A stretch of DNA of 59,438 nt, filler included, from Callorhinchus milii (Eukaryota): NCBI RefSeq assembly GCF_018977255.1. It is 3 parts of 3 records of this genome, joined end to end, with 100 filler letters (N's around TTAATTAATTAA, not from the genome) between each part and the next. Parts side by side here need not be neighbours in the genome. Positions count along the whole stretch, not along the records: positions 49,085 to 59,438 come from NW_024706338.1; 2 more parts are not named here. One strand, 5' to 3'. The translations under genes and the position numbers were made by a program. The notes beneath the pieces are model-generated. The model saw only the letters and a program-made list of their open reading frames with translations. It did not search any database and was not told the DNA's origin. Positions 52,578 to 59,438 of the stretch are shown one piece after another. Within the stretch, counting starts at the first letter, position 1, and each line of letters opens with the position of its first letter.

Positions 52578-53003
52578 CTGTGATTTAAAAGAAAATATTG
52601 TTCAGCAGCAAGATTGTCTTCTGTGGATTGCTGCAGTGTAGTGTTGAGAGCAATCGCCCCACAAGCAAGTGGATCTGGCTTTTATAGCAGGGCAGAGCGA
52701 AAGCTTAGGCAACTTTACTTGCTCCATATGCCCCTGTTTACCGAGCAGTAAATAGAAACAAGTTTGTTATTCGATTGGCATCTCTCTTTACCAGCGGTAA
52801 TTAGCCCTTCAATGATATATCAATAATAAAATAGATAATAATTTGGACACTCAATCGATGAGACTATTTGATCAAAACTGCTGCTGACAATCGTCTCGAA
52901 TATATGGAAAGGCGCAATATCTAATCAAAGGATTATTAATGGTATATTGTTGTAAAAGGTGCAACAAGATGTTAAGAAAAAAAGATATTAAAAAGTTACT
53001 AAC

Positions 53004-53052
53004 GGCAAAGTAAGCTGAGAGTGAAGGCGAGCACAGCACATGTCTCCCACAT
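53004..53052 (-). CDS. Leader exon of V2 (MWETCAVLAFTLSLLC)
   Basis: 49 nt, phase 1, donor GTTAGT; splices in frame to V2. Confidence 0.85.
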
Positions 53053-53129
53053 GAGCATCCTGATCCCGTGTCTGACATTAACTCCCCAATGTGGACTGAT
53101 GGGGCTTTTGGGCTCAGTAGCCACACAGT

Positions 53130-53345
53130 TACATCCCCGCCAACACAGAGCCCCACCCACAGAGGCACTGCCACGCCCACAGAGCCACGTCACTCAGTCA
53201 TTGCTCCGCCCACAGAGCCACTGCCACGCCCACAGAGCAAACATCACTCCAGTCACTGCCCCGCCCACACATAGCCCCGCCCACACAGCCACTGCCACGC
53301 CCACAGAGATACGTCACTCAGTCAGTGCCCCACCCCCTCACTGAG
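53130..53345 (-). repeat. Minisatellite in the V2 promoter region (3 imperfect units with CRE-like and GC-box motifs)
   Basis: CACTGCCACGCCCACAGAG-nn-AC(G/A)TCACT units at about 53166, 53219 and 53290. Confidence 0.75.
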
Positions 53346-54562
53346 ACTCATCCCCCAATCACTGCCGTTAATTTACAGCGCCCCACCCACACGGCGCCCC
53401 GCCCCCTCCCCTACCCCACACAAACACACACAGTGCCACAAAATCAGGTCACTCAATCCACAAATTTTTGTGGGCCGATCTTTTACACAGTTGACTACCA
53501 AGATTGTCCCACACAATACAATCTAACGCCCCATCCCCACCCTATCCCCCGCACCATCTCACTCCCTACACTCTCCCACACACACAGTGCCACAAAATAA
53601 GGCAACTCAACCCACAACTTTGTGTGGGACACAGCTGTACACAATTGGCATAAAAGAGTTTAGTACTCCACTTTTCAGCGTATTCTGTGACGAGCTTTGA
53701 GACGTCTCAATGACTTAATATGACACTATATCAAATGCAACCTTAGTCATTATTATCGATATTGTTACAATATTGCATAAGTCATGACCTTACAATTGTG
53801 TTGGTTATTCGTGTCTGAGAAACGCTTTTATCGAACACAGTCTTGTCATTTCGTCGATTCGCCTCAAACCTCCTCGCAGGTTTTAATGTCGAATACAGAG
53901 GCAGATTGTTTGTCAACTTGGCCTCCAATTTTTGTACAACAATGTTCCACAAACAGTTATGAATGAAAGACGAATTTTACCGATAGAAAGTCTGTCCAGA
54001 CATCGGTAGAAACCTTGTTCTTTCTCGATCAGTGCTCTGGAAACATTATAGTCGCTTCAGGCAAGACGTCTCGACCTCGGTTTAATATCTCCTCGGTAGG
54101 ATAAGCTTCACCGACAATACAGACAGCCAGGCCTGCTCTAGAGTGTCAGCCCAGAACATCAGAACATAATCCAATATATATTACACAGTGAGCACTTCGG
54201 TGGCTTTTCAATGTTTCAGTTGCGGGATGAAATACGAAAGATTTTTTTAATTATAGTTTATAGTAATAAACGTCTTAAATAGCTTAATATTCACGTTTAA
54301 TGATGTTGCCTGAATAAGCATTGAGGAGGGGAGAAGCATTTTTCCACACAGCGAGTTGTTCTGATCTATAACGCATTGCCTGAAAGGGTGGCAGAAGCCG
54401 ATAATATAACAACTTTCAAGAGAGAATTGCAATACAGTAGAGAATACAATTTAGCAGCGGCTGCTGCTTGGGGAAAAGGGAACAATATGTGAGATAGAAA
54501 TTATTTCCTGAGCAACCTAAGCCTTGTGCTAATACTTTAGGCAAATGTTTGTAAATTACATT

Positions 54563-54745
54563 TGAAGCAGCAATAGTGTGTATGAGTGAACTATGTCAAG
54601 CACAACAGGAAGCACCTGTTACTGCTGCAAAGGAAACTAGTTACCGAAAGGAGGGTGACAAGTTATATAAGTTGTAGCTCAGGTTGCATGTGTTTGTGTA
54701 GTGCGCCATCTGCTGGTAGATTGTAGCTACAGCACGTTTGCAATT
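54563..54745 (-). promoter_or_regulatory. V-associated conserved module, copy A, with CTCF motif (54701-54719)
   Basis: Minus strand TGCTGTAGC-6nt-CTACCAGCAGATGGCGCAC; also CAGGAAGCACCTG (ETS + E-box); homologous to 58819-58978. Confidence 0.7.
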
Positions 54746-55229
54746 GGAGAGGTTTCGTAGCATATTTGCTATGGTCCCGACTTGCCTTTACTTGGTGCTT
54801 TCTTCTCCATTGAAATTGTATACATTAGCCTCATTTCCCCGCTCGTTCCTCATATTTTGTGATCTTCCCTGGAACATTCCACCATTCAATGTCATTCACA
54901 TTTCCTTAATTTGACGTGTCTGTGTGCAAACACTTGCTGCCCCACTTGCTCCCCCCTCTTAATTCAATCCACTAACATTTTACTTTATCGATTTTATTAT
55001 TTGACTGAATACTTCGCTGACTTATAGCATTTTAAAACAGAGTAACATCAGGGGGCCATTCAGGTAAGTCCGTTGGTGTCAGGCGGACGTCCCGAGGCAA
55101 ATGTGCTCAATAAACATAAAATGAAAATTAAACTTAATTCTTCTTTAACGTAAATAAACTAAATTTGTATCTTTCTTTTTTGATCCACCAAGACGCTCCC
55201 CCAACGTGCAAATCGCTAAATAGGTATAG

Positions 55230-55560
55230 GAGCAGACAATCAGCTCCTTGAGCCTGTTCCAACGTTATATTACATCATAGCTGATTTATCTCTCAACACA
55301 CTTTCCAACCTTTTCTCCGTATTCCTTGAAATTCTGAGCTACAATAAATGTGTCCAACTCAGTCTGGAAAATGTGAATAGAACCAACATTTCCAGAATCT
55401 TTGTGGAAGTTTTCCAGATTTCCTTAAATTTTTCGTAATTTTTTCCTACCAATTTCTCTGCTAACTGGACTGGCTCTAATGCACCCTTATTCTGCATTCC
55501 CCAAAACACCAGGAGAAACAGTTTCTCTATGGATAGCGGAAATAGTTTTTGTTTAAGCAA
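55230..55560 (+). mobile_element. Decayed LINE (CR1-like) 3' fragment
   Basis: Resembles shark CR1 3' sequence; recognised by eye only. Confidence 0.4.
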
Positions 55561-56277
55561 TATAAACGGAAATTGTTTGTTTTAATGTTTACTTACTTAT
55601 CAATGCAGCATAGAAAGAATCGTACATGTGGCAGCGCTCCCCAGAAAGCAAGGCATTTTTAATTACCACTTTGATGATAACATGACTACAGTTAATAACA
55701 ATAATAATAATCGTTGCATTTGATCCTCCCCTTCAGTCACTGTCACAGTAGATTGGAGCTGTGTCACAGCGTCTCCTCCACAATATCCTGGGAACCAAAC
55801 ACATATCTGCGTTCGATACCATAACAACAATCATAATACAAATTATTGCTTTTCATACATTGCCATACGGCATCACTGCGTCTCGAAATGCTTCACAGAA
55901 TATTCTTAGAATGTGTATTGTGTGGGCGACACGTGGCAGCAAATTGCGCACAACATTCTCCTAATAAAAAGTCATGGATTGAATGACAGCATTATTATTA
56001 CTGGTTCCTGTTAAGCCATAATGAGCCTCGAAAACTGATCCGACGATCGACCAGCGAACGGGTACCGACATATCTCGAGGTAAACAGAGTTGCGTGTCTG
56101 GAGGAAGGAAACTTGCCTGAGGTTCCGCTGTATCCAAGCCGGGAACTAAATCCAAATCAACACGCTTCCTGCAGGAATGCATGAGTCGTGTACCGTATTG
56201 GTTATGTAATGCAAATATATATATTCATTGGAAAATATGCAAATGAAACAGACTAATAGAGCGAGTTTGTCGCTTAC

Positions 56278-56317
56278 CTGACAAGGTAATGATCACTGCT
56301 ACCACACAGACATACAT
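56278..56317 (-). pseudogene. Orphan V-type leader exon (MYVCVVAVIITLS-G)
   Basis: 40 nt, ATG to CAG|GTAAGC, phase 1, hydrophobic; no V exon seen immediately downstream. Confidence 0.55.
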
Positions 56318-57022
56318 TGTCGTGTGTATTGATGTCACGGGACGTTGTGAGACCGTTGATGTTGTAGTTGGAGAAAGTTGGCTGGGAGGCTGTAAGATAC
56401 CGTGAGGAGAGCTGAACAGGAAATAACATACAGAAGTTGTCATATAGTGTGAGGGAGCAGGTCTGAAGGTTATGTACAAACCTTGTGTCTCTGTCGTTGT
56501 GCGTCACCTTCTCTGCTCTGCCATCTCACTCATCCTATGGTTCTCTTCCATCAGTGACATGTCTTTGTTAAGCATTGTGTCTGAACCAAGTTACACCCAT
56601 ATTCCAGTTCACGAAAACCCATTCATCAGTTCCACATATATGCCATTTTCGCGTGCAAATGTGCCTATGGAAACGAATTTTCTCTATCTCCCTGGAGGAA
56701 CGCATAGTGTTTGCTTAATTTAACAGATTACTGGGTGCTGACAGGCAAGAGACAAGTCTTGGTGAGGTATATCTATTTTGGGCTACATTCTGGTGCATGA
56801 GTTCGGTTTTGTTGTTATGTTCAACCGCTGTCTGCTGGCAGGAAAAAGCGTTTTTTTCTAAAGAAACCGGTTCCCCTAGCTTGCAAAACGACTGCTTAAT
56901 CCCATACACAACAAGACAGCACAGCCTGTTTACACCACTCTCCTTGTTGTCATTGTATAACCGCATCAGATTGTTGAAAGCACCAAATTAAATACGTGAG
57001 CGGACGTCATGAATTTCTGCAG

Positions 57023-57061
57023 AGTTTTTGTACGGGGAATGTGCCTTCCTGTAACAGTGTG
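57023..57061 (-). other. 23-RSS of V3: CACACTG-23-ACAAAAACT
   Basis: Heptamer 57055-57061, nonamer 57023-57031. Confidence 0.93.
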
Positions 57062-57359
57062 GGCTCCAGGGCACAGTAATACACAGCGTTGTCACCCACA
57101 ACAGCCCCGAGTATCTGCAGCTTAATTACTTTATTCTCCTTGATCAGCTCAGCAGTGAATCGTTCAGGTAGATCAGGAGATTTGTCTACCGTTCCAGAGC
57201 TAAATATCCTGAGCGCGTATTGAAGAGCTCCGCCGGGGTTTTGCCTGTACCAGAAAACAGTGTCCAATCTTGAAACATTGCAGTTTAGTGCCACGTCTTG
57301 CCCTTCAATTTCTGTTTTCTCGCGAGGATATTGTGACACAACATCTTGCCCGCTAACGT
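57062..57359 (-). CDS. TCR alpha/delta-type V segment V3, V exon (intact)
   Basis: VSGQDVVSQYPREKTEIEGQDVALNC...FWYRQNPGGALQY...DNAVYYCALEP; acceptor TTCTTGCAG, phase 1. Confidence 0.93.
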
Positions 57360-57794
57360 CTGCAAGAAAAAGAGCAACACATTTTTCTGAGCAACTTATA
57401 ATTTGCTTTTATCCACTTTATAGAGCACGTTACCGCACAGTACATCAGTCTCAAAGAAACCACAGAATATATTGCAAAGCGAATTGATTATATTTTTGGC
57501 GAAACTGAGCAGACAATTGAACACCGCAGTATTTCCCCGATATTATTGTAAATTGATTTATATGATAATGGGTTATTGACTTCCGATAGCGATCGGGGAA
57601 TCGATTATCAACATCTTTCCGACTTACTGCTGTGGGAACAGATTGGTGAGGTGTAAGCAAACGCATTGAAAGGTTTCATTGCCCGGCAATAAAACTCGGG
57701 TTCTCTCGCTGGTGAGGCGACCTCTCTAAACATTATGCTTCGGAAATTTTATAATGTAAAAAATCATGGGCTGTGCATGTCCACACATACTTAC

Positions 57795-57840
57795 TGGCTA
57801 TGGTGAGGATTGCTATCAGTAACTGGCAGAGAGCTGTCAT
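57795..57840 (-). CDS. Leader exon of V3 (MTALCQLLIAILTIA)
   Basis: 46 nt, phase 1, donor GTAAGT; splices in frame to V3. Confidence 0.9.
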
Positions 57841-58818
57841 GTTGGCTGCTGAGGTGTGGACAGATAATGGGATCTCTTTCTTTGTATATCGCTGTGTTGC
57901 TGCTTCAGTGACGATTTGTGAGGAAGCGGCTCATCTGACGGGTTTAGTGGTTTACTCTCTATAATTGTAGGCGTTTCACACTAACCAGATGATCTTGAAC
58001 TCGATCTTCTGGCGATTGGAAGCGAATGGGTCCTGGTTGGTATGGGAATATTGCCGCACGTATCACACAACAACAATTCATTCTACAGTTTGGTGAGCGA
58101 ACCGATTTGAAGTGAATCGTTGAGCCATGCAGTAGAGCCTAAAGGAATAAGGTTCAGTTTCTGTCATTGAGGTGACAACATTTCCGCTTTTCATGTCACT
58201 TACTCTAATGAGGATCTTGAACTTGATCTGCCGCGGATTGGAGGCCAGTGGGTCTGTGCGAGGTTGCGAGGAGTGCGTTTCACCCACTAACAATTTGCTT
58301 TACTGTTCGTTTGTGAAGCGCTTCAGGACGCCTTCGAGACGCAGTATGGATGTATTTCAAATGATTAAAGGGCATTTTTATTTTCAATACTGTTCTGAAT
58401 GCATTCATTTGGTTGATCTTGAACCATGCAGCCTAGTTTTAAAAAAAGGTTTACTTTCTATCAAGGCTGAGTTGAAAACCGCCATCAGTTATTGGTACTT
58501 TCTCCTATGTGTCTGAATGTTATTGGTTCTGGACCCAGATCGACAGTTTGAGTTCCCAGTGTATCAGAGATTGCGTTTCAATTCTTACATTAAGTTAAAC
58601 TAGTTCAGTTGTAATCTCCTTTTCAAATTAAACAAACATAAATGACCATATTGCTCATAACAAAATTTATCACAATTTTTATCTCAGTGAGATCCACATG
58701 AGGGCGAATGCTTCTGGTAGAGAAAGACAACACATCTAAAATGTGACACAAACACTGTTCTTTGAGTAATCTAAATTTTGTGCCAATCATGTTTTACACA
58801 AGGTTTTTACACGTCAGC

Positions 58819-58978
58819 TGAAGCAGCAACATGTATGTCAGGAAACTATGTCAACTGCAACAGGAAGCACCTGTCAGTTACAGAAAGGAACGTGACAAGC
58901 TATGTCAGTCGCAGCTCATGCTGTATACTATTTTAGTGTGACACCTGCTGGTGGAATGCAGATACAGCATGTGTACAT
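58819..58978 (-). promoter_or_regulatory. V-associated conserved module, copy B, with CTCF motif (58936-58954)
   Basis: Minus strand TGCTGTATC-6nt-CCACCAGCAGGTGTCACAC; identical CAACAGGAAGCACCTGT block. Confidence 0.68.
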
Positions 58979-59019
58979 TTGAAGACAGTTGATTGCAAAT
59001 TATTTTCGGCCCTTCTTAA

Positions 59020-59235
59020 CTTTCCCGTGCCTTCAGCTCCCCTCTCGACTCTCTTCCCCCTTCTCGCTCCCTCCCTTCCCTCCCCTCACCCTGACGATTT
59101 CCCCCTCCTCGCTCCCTCCCTTCCCTCCCCTCACCCTGACCATTTCCCCTCCTCGGGTCATGACCCAACTGTGCAGCGCCTTGGGACGTCCTCCTGACGT
59201 AAAAGGCGCATTATAAATGGAATCTTGTTGTTGTT
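59020..59235 (+). mobile_element. L2 3' tail
   Basis: GCGCCTTGGGACGTCCTCCTGACGTAAAAGGCGC..(TTG)n. Confidence 0.72.
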
Positions 59236-59438
59236 GTTGAATGTCGCTACGTAGATGCAAGTTAATGTTTCATATTTTTTCCTACTTGATCAAATAGCAG
59301 AGGAAGACACTTCCAGGTGCAGGTCCCCCAGAAAGCAAAATATATGAAGTTATTTCTGTGAAAATAACATGATCGTGTTTAGTAATAATAATAACCTTTG
59401 CTTTTATTACAGTGCCAAATCACATCTTCGAAACGCCT

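Noticed and set aside
53927-54190. Isolated RSS-like nonamer (53927) and CACAGTG heptamer (54184)
   Set aside because: Neither has a partner at 12 or 23 nt, and no V, D or J coding sequence is adjacent.

Overview
Vertebrate genomic DNA from a jawed vertebrate (it has TCR V segments with RSS). The dense tRNA/Deu-core SINEs and L2 LINE debris suggest a cartilaginous fish of the elephant-shark type; the species is an inference. Two identical 100-bp spacers (N44-TTAATTAATTAA-N44, at 24989-25088 and 48985-49084) split the window into three blocks with unrelated gene content. Block 1 (1-24988) holds coding exons 1-8 of ABCC9/SUR2 on the minus strand plus about 14 kb of TE-rich upstream DNA. Block 2 (25089-48984) holds a complete 12-coding-exon TFIP11 (831 aa, minus) followed head-to-tail by the first two exons of TTC28 (minus). 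Block 3 (49085-59438) is part of a TCR alpha/delta-type V cluster: three V segments with 23-bp-spacer RSS (two intact, one probably defective) and one orphan leader exon. The most interesting signal is in block 3: a non-coding module duplicated upstream of two highly diverged V genes, carrying an ETS site, an E-box and a co-oriented CTCF core with its upstream motif. Nothing here supports a wholly new gene system, and apparent linkage across the spacers is probably an assembly artefact.
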